Shown here in pieces: positions 8,626 to 17,000 of a stretch of DNA of 33,782 nt. Under the pieces are notes generated by a model. That model saw nothing but the letters and a program-made list of their open reading frames with translations, was not told the DNA's origin and ran no database searches. Origin of the DNA: Alphaproteobacteria bacterium (GTDB lineage: Bacteria > Pseudomonadota > Alphaproteobacteria > Rs-D84); assembly GCA_016285415.1 (NCBI GenBank), contig JAEEQU010000002.1:1-33782 (forward strand), given 5' to 3'. Both the position numbers and the translations under genes were made by a program. Position 1 is the stretch's first letter; every line of letters begins with the position of its first letter.

Positions 8626-10362
8626 CTATCTTTCAAACCAACCATCAACTTCGGTCAATGGGATAAATTTATAAACCGGACGGCCATGGTTGCATTCGCC
8701 ACCACGTTCTGTTTTTTCTATATCACGCAACAGCGCGTCCATTTGTTCATAGTTTAATTTTTGCCCTGCCCGCACAGAATGATGGCATGCATGATTTGCC
8801 AATTTTAAATGCAATTTTTCTTTTAAAATACTGGAATGTCCGTATTCGCGAACTTCGTCCGCAATATCATGCAATGCCGATGCCCAATCCATATCCCAAT
8901 CGGACGGCTTTTCAAAAATTGCAACCGCATCATCACCAAACGAATCCAAAACCAAACCACTATCGCGCAATTCATCGGCTATATCCAAAATCGCGGTGAT
9001 ATCTTCACTTTTTAAATGAACAACTATTGGGGTTAATAATGGCTGAACCTTTATCGTATGCGTCCGCATCTTTTCATATGTTATGCGTTCATGGGCGGCA
9101 TGCTGATCAATAACGACCAACGAATCGGCGGTCGCCGCAATTATATACTTATTTGCAATTTGACCAACGACGCGTCCCAATGGTTGCGAATCAAAAATAT
9201 TTTCAACCGATTCGGGTACAGAATTTTTCTTGTTTTCCACAAAATTTGATTGTGTGGTAAATAATTCTTGCCGATTATTATTTGGTTGGTGCACAAACGA
9301 CGTATACGGCGAAAACTGTGGTCTTGACACAATTGGACCAGTAAAAGACATTTTTTTGTTATCGATTGCATCAGTGCTTTTTTCATCAACCATTGTTTGC
9401 GACAAAACATCGCGCAAAGATTTTATAATAAACGAACGAACATGCGTCGGTTCCAAGAAATGAACTTCTGTTTTGGTCGGTGAAACATTTACATCAACAT
9501 GTTCGGGTGGCAATGTTAAATACAATGCGCACAATGGAAATTCACGTGCATGCATAACATCCATATATGCCGCACGCAATGCACCAACCAGAACTTTATC
9601 TTTGACCGGCCGGCCATTTACAAATAAATATTGGTCAACCGATGATGCGCGTCGCAATGTCGGGTCGGATATATAACCGGTTAATCGCATCCCTGTTGTT
9701 GAACCTGACGAAACATCAACCGCATGCATACGCCCCACAACATCATCGCCCATAACGGTTGCGATTCGTTCCAATAATGGCTGATCCTTTGGAAAACGCC
9801 ATTTGTTATTTAAAACAAAGCCAACATCGGTTCGTGCCATCGCAAGCCGTTTTACAACATCCAACACCGCCATTGTTTCGGCACGATCAGAACGTAAAAA
9901 TTTTAATCGCGCAGGCGTTTTTGCAAATAAATTTTGAACGCGTATACGTGTTCCGCTTTGCCAATCAGACGGGCGAATTTCCCCAGTATTGCAATCCAAA
10001 TGCCACCCATTTTCATCGTTTCCGTTACATGTATCAATGGTCATATCAGATACAGATGCAATAGACGGTAATGCTTCGCCACGAAAACCCATAAAATTTA
10101 TATGTAATAAATTGTCATCTGGTAATTTAGATGTTGCATGGCGCATAATACAATTTGCCAAATCTTCTTTGCCCATACCCGAACCATTATCAACCACATT
10201 TATCAAGGTACGTCCGCCATCAACAACATCTATGATAATTTGGTCTGCCCCCGCATCCAGCGCATTTTCAACGGTTTCTTTGACCACGCTGGCACCATGT
10301 TCCACCACTTCGCCGGCGGCAATTTGGTTAATAAGATAATCAGGCAATAATCTTATTGACAC
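8626..10362 (-). CDS. mutL: DNA mismatch repair protein MutL (endonuclease-type)
   Basis: 578 aa with a GTG start. GHKL ATPase motifs QIAAGEVVE and DNGSGM. C-terminal endonuclease motifs DQHAAHERITYE and CNHGRPVY. Confidence 0.95.
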   Translation of the reverse strand: MSIRLLPDYLINQIAAGEVVEHGASVVKETVENALDAGADQIIIDVVDGGRTLINVVDNGSGMGKEDLANCIMRHATSKLPDDNLLHINFMGFRGEALPSIASVSDMTIDTCNGNDENGWHLDCNTGEIRPSDWQSGTRIRVQNLFAKTPARLKFLRSDRAETMAVLDVVKRLAMARTDVGFVLNNKWRFPKDQPLLERIATVMGDDVVGRMHAVDVSSGSTTGMRLTGYISDPTLRRASSVDQYLFVNGRPVKDKVLVGALRAAYMDVMHAREFPLCALYLTLPPEHVDVNVSPTKTEVHFLEPTHVRSFIIKSLRDVLSQTMVDEKSTDAIDNKKMSFTGPIVSRPQFSPYTSFVHQPNNNRQELFTTQSNFVENKKNSVPESVENIFDSQPLGRVVGQIANKYIIAATADSLVVIDQHAAHERITYEKMRTHTIKVQPLLTPIVVHLKSEDITAILDIADELRDSGLVLDSFGDDAVAIFEKPSDWDMDWASALHDIADEVREYGHSSILKEKLHLKLANHACHHSVRAGQKLNYEQMDALLRDIEKTERGGECNHGRPVYKFIPLTEVDGWFER

Positions 10363-10374
10363 GCATTTACCTTG

Positions 10375-10842
10375 TTATTTAAATTTTACTTCTAATATTT
10401 CATATTCGCGTTCACCAGACGGCAAATGAACGATGCATGTATCACCAACACATTTCCCTATCAGCGCCCGTCCCACCGGCGATGTACACGATATAACCTG
10501 TTTGCCATCAGATTCTATATCCGACAATATGCGGCATTGCATACGGTTTCCATCTTCATCTTCACACACAACACGCGCACCAAATACAACACGGTCCCCC
10601 GATAAATTATCAACATCTATGACCGACGCATTATTTATAAAGTTTTCAATATATTGAATACGTTTATCTATTTCGCGTTGCTTTTCACGTGCAGCACTAT
10701 AATCCGCATTTTCTGACAAATCGCCCAATGATCGCGCCCATTGAACAACCTTTAATATTTCTGGGCGGTCCACTTCCTGTAATTGCTTTAATTCTTTAAC
10801 CAGTGCTTCAAAGCCCTGTTTTGAAATTGGTTTCTTGTCCAT
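10375..10842 (-). CDS. greA: Transcription elongation factor GreA
   Basis: 155 aa. Coiled-coil N-terminal domain with GDLSENADYSAAREKQ and a C-terminal FKBP-like domain. Confidence 0.95.
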   Translation of the reverse strand: MDKKPISKQGFEALVKELKQLQEVDRPEILKVVQWARSLGDLSENADYSAAREKQREIDKRIQYIENFINNASVIDVDNLSGDRVVFGARVVCEDEDGNRMQCRILSDIESDGKQVISCTSPVGRALIGKCVGDTCIVHLPSGEREYEILEVKFK

Positions 10843-10897
10843 TTTATCACTTCCTAATGTATATTATAAAGTTGCATTATAAATCTTCATTTTAATT

Positions 10898-10926
10898 TTG
10901 CAATTGGGAAATAAACAGTTTATACT
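10898..10926 (+). promoter_or_regulatory. Putative sigma70-type promoter (TTGCAA-17-TATACT) for the lptF/G-family gene
   Basis: TTGCAA 10898-10903, exact 17-nt spacer, TATACT 10921-10926, 23 nt before ATG 10950. Lies in the divergent greA/lpt intergenic region. Confidence 0.4.
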
Positions 10927-10949
10927 TTTGAGGTAACCAACAAAAAGAA

Positions 10950-12008
10950 ATGGCAACGAGCAGAATATTATCCAGATTTTTATTTCGGCGCTTTTTTTCA
11001 GGCGTCGGTTTGGTGCTACTTATCGTCTGTGGCATTATATATGCGGTAACATTTGTGGAACGGTTGCCCAGTAATCCAAATATATTTGCAACATTAAATG
11101 ATGCGTGGATGCGTCTGGTGGAATATGTGCCGTTATTCTTGCCTTTGGCGGTATTTATGGGAACATTGGTTGCATATTACAATCTGACCAGATCCAGCGA
11201 GGGTGTTATTATGTCTGGGGCGGGCCTGTCGCCATATCAAATTGGCCGACCATTTCTGGTTGGTGCATTTATTGTCGGGGCATTTGCCACCATGGTCATA
11301 AATCCGTATGCCGTCAATATTACATCAAAAAATATTACCAAAGAACACCTGAACCTTGTTGACGGGAAAATTTGGTTACACGAATCTTCGGACGCGGGCC
11401 ATTTAACAATTGTTGCCATGGATATGACACGCGACCAGAAAGATTTGGTATTCAAAACGGCAACCGTATATGTCCAAAATCCTAATTTTGTTTTATTGCA
11501 ACGCATTGATGCCGATAAAATAACTTTATCTGAGACAGGGTTAAAAACCAAACGTGCAAAAATATCTGACACATCGGGTAACATTAAAACATCCGCATGG
11601 GAAAATGAAACATTGATAACCCCACAAACCGTTTTGGATAGATATCTGCAACCAGACCAAATATCATTTTGGAATTTACCCAATTTTATAAAAAAGATGA
11701 CGGCAATCGGGGTATCTGTACGTGGCCATTATGTTCAGTTTTGGACATTGCTGTTTTTACCATTGACCATGATAGCGATGGCGACATTGGGAATTGCGTT
11801 TTCGCAAACACGTCAACGCCGCAATCATTCGTTTGGTAAAAAGTTCAGTTTGGGTATATTAACCTGCTTTGTGTTGTATTTCTTGCTTAATATATTTAGC
11901 GCGCTGGGGGCCAATGGAACCCTGCCGACACTACTTGCGATTATTGCCCCACCCCTTATTATCATTGCGGCATCTGGGGTATTTATTGCAAGTTTTGATA
12001 CAATTTAA
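10950..12008 (+). CDS. LPS export ABC transporter permease, LptF/LptG (YjgP/YjgQ) family
   Basis: 352 aa. N-terminal ILSRFLFRRFF motif. Topology is three TMs, a periplasmic beta-jellyroll insert, then three TMs, typical of YjgP/YjgQ. I cannot distinguish LptF from LptG by eye. Confidence 0.8.
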   Translation: MATSRILSRFLFRRFFSGVGLVLLIVCGIIYAVTFVERLPSNPNIFATLNDAWMRLVEYVPLFLPLAVFMGTLVAYYNLTRSSEGVIMSGAGLSPYQIGRPFLVGAFIVGAFATMVINPYAVNITSKNITKEHLNLVDGKIWLHESSDAGHLTIVAMDMTRDQKDLVFKTATVYVQNPNFVLLQRIDADKITLSETGLKTKRAKISDTSGNIKTSAWENETLITPQTVLDRYLQPDQISFWNLPNFIKKMTAIGVSVRGHYVQFWTLLFLPLTMIAMATLGIAFSQTRQRRNHSFGKKFSLGILTCFVLYFLLNIFSALGANGTLPTLLAIIAPPLIIIAASGVFIASFDTI

Positions 12009-12032
12009 TCTTTTATTTATATGGGGGACGAT

Positions 12033-12164
12033 ATGCCACTGAAAAAGAAAAATTCAAAGCGCAACAAAATCATTATATGGACGGTTGTTATCATATTATT
12101 GGTCCTGATGATAATTTACTTTCCACCAAACCAAAATGTAACCGAGGTTGTATTGCAACAATAA
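12033..12164 (+). CDS. Small (43 aa) single-pass membrane protein, hypothetical
   Basis: Not in the ORF track (<60 aa). ATG 12033 is preceded by GGGGGACGAT. Translation is MPLKKKNSKRNKIIIWTVVIILLVLMIIYFPPNQNVTEVVLQQ: a basic N-terminus and one TM. Its TAA overlaps the xerD ATG (TAATG at 12162-12166). Confidence 0.35.
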   Translation: MPLKKKNSKRNKIIIWTVVIILLVLMIIYFPPNQNVTEVVLQQ

Positions 12165-13030
12165 TGAATCACATAGATATATTCTTAGAAGCACTATCCG
12201 CGGAAAAAGGACGCAGCGCAAACACACTTGCATCATATGCAAATGATTTGCGTCATGCCGATGCCGCGATTTCCGGTGGTTTGGAAAACGCGACCGAACA
12301 AGATATCCAAAAATATCTTGCGGGGCTTGATGCACGTCCAAATTCTGTTGCCCGCAAGGCCAGCGCACTGCGCAGTTTCTATAAATTTTTGATGATTGAA
12401 CACATTATTAAAAAGAATCCTGCACAGAATCTTGAATTACCAAAACGCGGAAAACTGTTACCAAAATTACTAACCACCGAAGAAATTGAATTGTTAATAT
12501 CATCGGCGGGCGATACACGTAATTCGGTACGTTTGCGCGCAATGATAGAATTGCTGTACGCATCGGGTTTACGCGTATCGGAACTTTGCGAATTACCGAT
12601 GACCGCAATTTTAGGTGACCGATTGTTAATCCATGGCAAGGGCGCCAAAGAACGTTTTGTGCCGATGCATGACACCGCAATCGCCGCATTAAATAAATGG
12701 ATTGAAGTGCGTGGTGATAACGAATCTAAATATGTATTTCCAACCAACGCATCATCTGGCCATATAACACGTGATGGTTTTTTCAAGATTTTAAAAAAAT
12801 GTGCGGTACTGTCGGGCATTGAACCAACACGCGTAACACCGCACGTTCTGCGCCATTCATTTGCATCGCATTTATTATCGCATGGCGCAAACCTGCGCGC
12901 AATTCAAATGATGTTGGGGCACGAAGATATTTCAACAACACAAATTTATACCCATGTTCAACCTGAAAAATTGCAACAGGTTGTTTACGAACACCACCCG
13001 CTTTCTGATAAAAAGGAACACAAACAATGA
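12164..13030 (+). CDS. xerD: Site-specific tyrosine recombinase XerD (XerC/XerD family)
   Basis: N-terminal IDIFLEALSAEKGRSANTLASYANDLRH. Catalytic region HVLRHSFASHLL and LGHEDISTTQIYTHV. Start set at ATG 12164, because the upstream 29 codons in the ORF track do not resemble Xer proteins. The XerD-versus-XerC call is tentative. Confidence 0.85.
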   Translation: MNHIDIFLEALSAEKGRSANTLASYANDLRHADAAISGGLENATEQDIQKYLAGLDARPNSVARKASALRSFYKFLMIEHIIKKNPAQNLELPKRGKLLPKLLTTEEIELLISSAGDTRNSVRLRAMIELLYASGLRVSELCELPMTAILGDRLLIHGKGAKERFVPMHDTAIAALNKWIEVRGDNESKYVFPTNASSGHITRDGFFKILKKCAVLSGIEPTRVTPHVLRHSFASHLLSHGANLRAIQMMLGHEDISTTQIYTHVQPEKLQQVVYEHHPLSDKKEHKQ

Positions 13031-13521
13031 TACGGAAATGTGATGTAAAGGGCTGTCCAAAAGCCGGAACATGTCGCGCGCCCAAAACGCGTGAATTGAA
13101 AGAGTATTGGTATTTCTGCCAAGAACATGCCGCCGAATATAATAAAAATTGGAATTTCTATGACGGTATGACACCCGAAGAAATAGAAGAAGATTGGGAA
13201 ATAAGAACCTTTGGTTCACCAATAAACAAACGCAGTTCCCAAGAATCTGCGGAATATTTAAAATTCCTTAGCGATTTTATAAATGGGCGCAGCACATTTG
13301 ATAAAATTCCGCCCAAGAAAAGTATGCCCGCATCTATTATTGCGGCATTTAAGACATTGGATTTACCAATTACGGCATCATGGCGTGAAATTGGGACAAA
13401 ATATCGTGCATTGGCAAAAAAATATCACCCCGATACCGCACATGCATCAGAATCATCTGGTAAAGAATTTACAAAAATTTCATCTGCATACCAGACACTA
13501 AAAAAGCATTTTGGCAAGTAA
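13027..13521 (+). CDS. J-domain (DnaJ-like) protein with N-terminal Cys-rich segment
   Basis: 164 aa. C-terminal J domain with the HPD motif (ALAKKYHPDTAHASESSGKEFTKISSAYQTLKK). N-terminal CDVKGCPKAGTCRAP...FCQEH. The ATG overlaps the xerD stop (ATGA). Confidence 0.8.
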   Translation: MIRKCDVKGCPKAGTCRAPKTRELKEYWYFCQEHAAEYNKNWNFYDGMTPEEIEEDWEIRTFGSPINKRSSQESAEYLKFLSDFINGRSTFDKIPPKKSMPASIIAAFKTLDLPITASWREIGTKYRALAKKYHPDTAHASESSGKEFTKISSAYQTLKKHFGK

Positions 13522-13582
13522 TACTTTTTTATGGCGCGCAAAATCTTGTTATGCTATTGTTCTACGCAAAGGATGAATAGGA

Positions 13583-14488
13583 ATGTATGATATTATTATA
13601 TTGGGTTCCGGCCCAGCCGGATTAACAGCCGCAATTTATTGCGGTCGTGCAAATAAAAATACACTCGTTATGGGTGGCGATACACTTGGCGGCCAAACTG
13701 CCAGTATTGCAACACTGGAAAATTATCCAGGATGGAACGGCACTGGTTTTGAACTTATTGAATTTATGAAAAAACAGGCCGAATCATTCGGCGCAAAAAT
13801 CAAAATGAAATCTGCCGCACATATTGAAAATGGCGCAAATGGCACATTTGTCATCACTGACACATCTGGTGAAAAATATGAAACCCGCGCAATAATTTTG
13901 GCAACAGGCGCATCACCACGCAAACTGGAAATAGATGGCGCACGTGAATTTTTTGGTCGCGGTGTATCTTACTGTGCGACATGCGACGGATTTTTCTATA
14001 GTGGCAAAACAGTATTAGTAATTGGTGGTGGTAATTCTGCATTAAACGATGCGCTATATTTGGCGGACATCGCAAAGACGGTAAAAATTGTTTATCGTAA
14101 ATCGGCGTTTACACGCGCCGAAGCGGTTCTGCGTGATCGCGTTGCCGCAAAAGAAAACATTGAATGTCTGTTTAATACAGATTTAAAGAAAATTTCTGCA
14201 CGTCCAAATTCTGAAACAGGCGAATTAATTGCTACAACTTTGGATGACCAACAAATTGTGTGTGATGGAATCTTTGTTGCCATTGGACACGAAGCAAACA
14301 CAGATTACCTAACCGAAGATATTAAACGTGACGATTTGGGTCGTATTGCACCGGAATCATTACCACGCGGAATATTTGTTGCCGGCGATGTTCATTCAAA
14401 TATAAAAATGCAAATTGCAACGGCGGTTGGCACAGGATGCACCGCGGCAATGGATGCCATCAGTTATTTAAACGCAAACGCACAATAA
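13583..14488 (+). CDS. trxB: Thioredoxin-disulfide reductase
   Basis: 301 aa. FAD motif GSGPAG, redox-active CATCDG, and NADPH motif GGGNSA. Confidence 0.93.
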   Translation: MYDIIILGSGPAGLTAAIYCGRANKNTLVMGGDTLGGQTASIATLENYPGWNGTGFELIEFMKKQAESFGAKIKMKSAAHIENGANGTFVITDTSGEKYETRAIILATGASPRKLEIDGAREFFGRGVSYCATCDGFFYSGKTVLVIGGGNSALNDALYLADIAKTVKIVYRKSAFTRAEAVLRDRVAAKENIECLFNTDLKKISARPNSETGELIATTLDDQQIVCDGIFVAIGHEANTDYLTEDIKRDDLGRIAPESLPRGIFVAGDVHSNIKMQIATAVGTGCTAAMDAISYLNANAQ

Positions 14489-14507
14489 TAACCAAAAGGA
14501 ATAAAAT

Positions 14508-15788
14508 ATGTTGGATATAAAATTTATTCGTGAAAATCCAGATGTGGTAAAAAATGCATGCCGTGTTAAAAATTTTCCTGATGTTGTTGACGATATTCTG
14601 TCTTTGGATGTGCGTGTACGTGAATTAAAAACAATTACACAAACAAAAACGGCCGAAAAAAATAAAATTACAAAAGAAATTCCAACTGCAACAGACAAGG
14701 CACCACTGATTGCGAAATCAAAAGAAATCAGTGAAGAAATTGCAAACGATTTGGCGGAATTGGCCGATAAAGAAACAGTGCTTACCGACCTGTTGCATCG
14801 CGTTCCACAAATTCCATCTGCGGATGCGCCAGTTGGTGCAGATGATTCTGCAAACGTGGAAATCCGCCGTATAGGCACCCCACGCACTTTTGATTTTACA
14901 CCACGTCCACAATGGGAATTGTTGGATATGAATGGCTGGTGGATGCCAGAAAAAATCGCAGGTATTTGTGGTACACGCACATATTGTCTGTGTGGCGAAT
15001 TGGCCGAATTATCTTTGGCAATTCAAACATTTGTAATTCAAAAATTGATTAGTAAAGGATTCAAATATATTGAATGTCCACCAGTAACAAAACCACAAAC
15101 CATATTTAATGCAGGACACTTTATGGGGTCTGATTTATCGGTAATGAATGATGATGTATTTATGTTAACTGGCACCGACAGATGTTTGGCCGGAACCGCG
15201 GAAATTATTTTAAATTCGCTGCATACGGATGAAATTCTACAAGAAAACGAATTACCTATTAAATACGCGGGCTTTTCAACATGTTTCAGAAAAGAAGCTG
15301 GCGCTGCGGGTCGTGACACACGTGGGCTTGTTCGTTTCCATCACTTTGACAAAGTGGAACAATATATTTTCTGTCGTCCCGAAGAAAGCGATGAAATGCA
15401 TGAACATTTGTTAAACAACCTGTGCGAAGTAGTTGAAGATTTGGAATTACCTTATCGTGTAATTGCAAATTCCACCGGCGACATGGGTTTCAACAAAGTT
15501 AAAATGAACGATGTAGAGGCATGGTTCCCATCGGAAAACGCATATCGTGAATTGGGTTCTTGTTCGTCCATTGGTCAATTCCAAGCACGCAGAACGAATA
15601 CGCGTTATCGTGAAAATGCAACAAGCGAAGTTAAATTTGTTGCAACATTGAACAATACTGGTATCGCCCTGCCCCGCGCATTAGTTCCATTGATTGAAAA
15701 CCACCAAAATGCAGATGGTTCTGTAAACATTCCAAAGAAACTGCAAGCACTGATGGGGGGGCGCACAAAAATTGGTGGAAAGCATTAA
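14508..15788 (+). CDS. serS: Serine--tRNA ligase
   Basis: 426 aa. N-terminal coiled-coil arm. Class II motifs FRKEAGAAGRDTRGLVRFHHFDKVE and NNTGIALPRALVPLIENHQ. Confidence 0.95.
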   Translation: MLDIKFIRENPDVVKNACRVKNFPDVVDDILSLDVRVRELKTITQTKTAEKNKITKEIPTATDKAPLIAKSKEISEEIANDLAELADKETVLTDLLHRVPQIPSADAPVGADDSANVEIRRIGTPRTFDFTPRPQWELLDMNGWWMPEKIAGICGTRTYCLCGELAELSLAIQTFVIQKLISKGFKYIECPPVTKPQTIFNAGHFMGSDLSVMNDDVFMLTGTDRCLAGTAEIILNSLHTDEILQENELPIKYAGFSTCFRKEAGAAGRDTRGLVRFHHFDKVEQYIFCRPEESDEMHEHLLNNLCEVVEDLELPYRVIANSTGDMGFNKVKMNDVEAWFPSENAYRELGSCSSIGQFQARRTNTRYRENATSEVKFVATLNNTGIALPRALVPLIENHQNADGSVNIPKKLQALMGGRTKIGGKH

Positions 15789-15793
15789 AAGAT

Positions 15794-15823
15794 AACCGCC
15801 CAAATGGGCGGTTTTATTTATTT
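15794..15823. terminator. Rho-independent terminator shared by convergent serS and the orphan cassette
   Basis: AACCGCCC-AAAT-GGGCGGTT hairpin (15794-15813) followed by TTATTTATTT. It lies 5 nt after the serS stop and abuts the stop (15818-15820) of the minus-strand orphan gene. Confidence 0.6.
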
Positions 15824-16270
15824 AGATCTGCGTTGTTTTTTTGAAAACAACAAAATAAAGTTATCTTTCACCCGCAAAAACGCGTATGCAAATTCCAGAA
15901 TTTCATTTTGTTTTACCAATGCGTTTTCTGGGGAATATTTGCTATACTTTTCCCATTGTTCAACCAATTCACAGAATTTACGATACTGGGCGGCTAAATC
16001 TTTATCAAACATACATTTGCGACTATTTTTATAAACGACATATGATGGCTTTTTGACCCTGCTAGCACTCAGATCCATATTTTCATATGACAAAAATTTT
16101 TTCGGATTCAACGTAACATCACACATATATTGCATTGCCGCATTTATTTCTGCATCACCTTTACCCACATTGCGATTATTTAAATCATACGCAACTAATT
16201 TAACAAAACGTTCTAAAACATCGCTAATTACGGCGTATACATCATCTTTTTTAATTTCTGCGATTGCCAT
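15818..16270 (-). CDS. Hypothetical protein (orphan cassette, downstream gene, 150 aa)
   Basis: Start set at ATG 16270 (MAIAEIKKDD...), preceded by GGAGG (GGAGGCAAATAATATG) that lies in the last codons of the upstream gene. No signal peptide or TM, no His residues, predicted helical, basic C-terminus KKQRRSK. No family recognised. Confidence 0.6.
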   Translation of the reverse strand: MAIAEIKKDDVYAVISDVLERFVKLVAYDLNNRNVGKGDAEINAAMQYMCDVTLNPKKFLSYENMDLSASRVKKPSYVVYKNSRKCMFDKDLAAQYRKFCELVEQWEKYSKYSPENALVKQNEILEFAYAFLRVKDNFILLFSKKQRRSK

Positions 16271-16271
16271 A

Positions 16272-16853
16272 TTATTTGCCTCCGCGTACATTGTACGATG
16301 CCGCGAACCAACGCGCCGGCGCCATACACATAAACACCCGTTCAAAGTTTGTTTTGTCCATTAATTGAACTTGTTTATTAAGTTTCAGTATAGTTTGTGC
16401 TGCACAGTCATCTTTACCGCCATAATATATCCATTGGTCACCAGGTTTATACATTGTGGCCATAACATGATATGAAATTCCTTCGCTTAATTGGTCTATC
16501 ACACTTAATCCTGTCCGCGCCCGCACCAGTTGTTCTACATCTTTCAGTTTTTCAGATACTGTTGGTGTGCCATAATGCACCCCTGGGGTATCATCGTCAT
16601 CTAATCCATTATACGCAATACCATACGGATAGTATAAATACTTTGTTGGATTTTTTATGACTTTACGCAGAAATTCATATGATTGACGGGTGCGATAGTA
16701 CCCTTCTACCACTTGAGTTTTTTCTGCGGGAGTAAAAAATTTTTCGCTGGCAATTCGCGATCCATCAAAATCTAATACTTTTACGACATAATTACCATAG
16801 GTCGTTAACAGACTTTGAATTGTTTTATCCATATCTATGTTTTTTCTACTCAT
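16272..16853 (-). CDS. Hypothetical protein (orphan cassette, upstream gene, 193 aa)
   Basis: ATG 16853 to TAA 16274-16272. Soluble and Tyr/Gly-rich (YYPYGIAYNGLDDDDTPGVHYGTP, KPGDQWIYYGGKDD). No family recognised. The stop is 1 nt from the start of the next gene. Confidence 0.62.
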   Translation of the reverse strand: MSRKNIDMDKTIQSLLTTYGNYVVKVLDFDGSRIASEKFFTPAEKTQVVEGYYRTRQSYEFLRKVIKNPTKYLYYPYGIAYNGLDDDDTPGVHYGTPTVSEKLKDVEQLVRARTGLSVIDQLSEGISYHVMATMYKPGDQWIYYGGKDDCAAQTILKLNKQVQLMDKTNFERVFMCMAPARWFAASYNVRGGK

Positions 16854-16885
16854 TTATTACCATTTTGTCTTTATTTGTACTGTTA

Positions 16886-16913
16886 AATATACCCTACGCC
16901 CGCAAAATGTCAA
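16886..16913 (-). promoter_or_regulatory. Putative strong sigma70-type promoter for the orphan cassette (TTGACA-16-TATATT on minus strand)
   Basis: Minus strand: consensus -35 TTGACA (16913-16908), 16-nt spacer, -10 TATATT (16891-16886), about 32 nt upstream of ATG 16853. Confidence 0.45.
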
Positions 16914-17000
16914 ATTTTTTGTAAAAATACATTATAATTTGTTGAAATCACAAAAATATAGTATAATCTATGTCCTTAGGGCAAAAAAGGGCTAAAAAAC

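Noticed and set aside
10849-10876. dif-like core TAA-TGTATA-TTAT in the greA/lpt intergenic region. It matches the central hexamer and inner arm bases of the E. coli XerCD dif site, and xerD and ftsK are both in this window.
   Set aside because: The outer arm positions do not match. TCACTTCCTAA versus GGTGCGCATAA gives about 5 of 11. TTATAAAGTTG versus the well-conserved XerD arm TTATGTTAAAT gives 4 of 11. This is most likely chance similarity within an AT-rich promoter region. A genome-wide dif search plus GC-skew analysis would settle it.
15804-16364. Plus-strand ORFs 15804-16034 (76 aa) and 16053-16364 (103 aa), which would put the 15.8-16.9 kb region on the same strand as serS and typA.
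   Set aside because: They are short and hydrophobic or low-complexity, and they have no SD. The minus-strand pair covers the region completely and has a promoter, an SD, coupling and a terminator in the right places.
16919-16967. TATAAT boxes at 16933-16938 and 16962-16967 upstream of typA, as a defined typA promoter.
   Set aside because: I could not pair either box with a good -35 at 16-18 nt. TTGAAA lies only 14 nt from the second box, and TTGTTG at 17 nt is weak. A typA promoter is probably here, but I cannot place it confidently.
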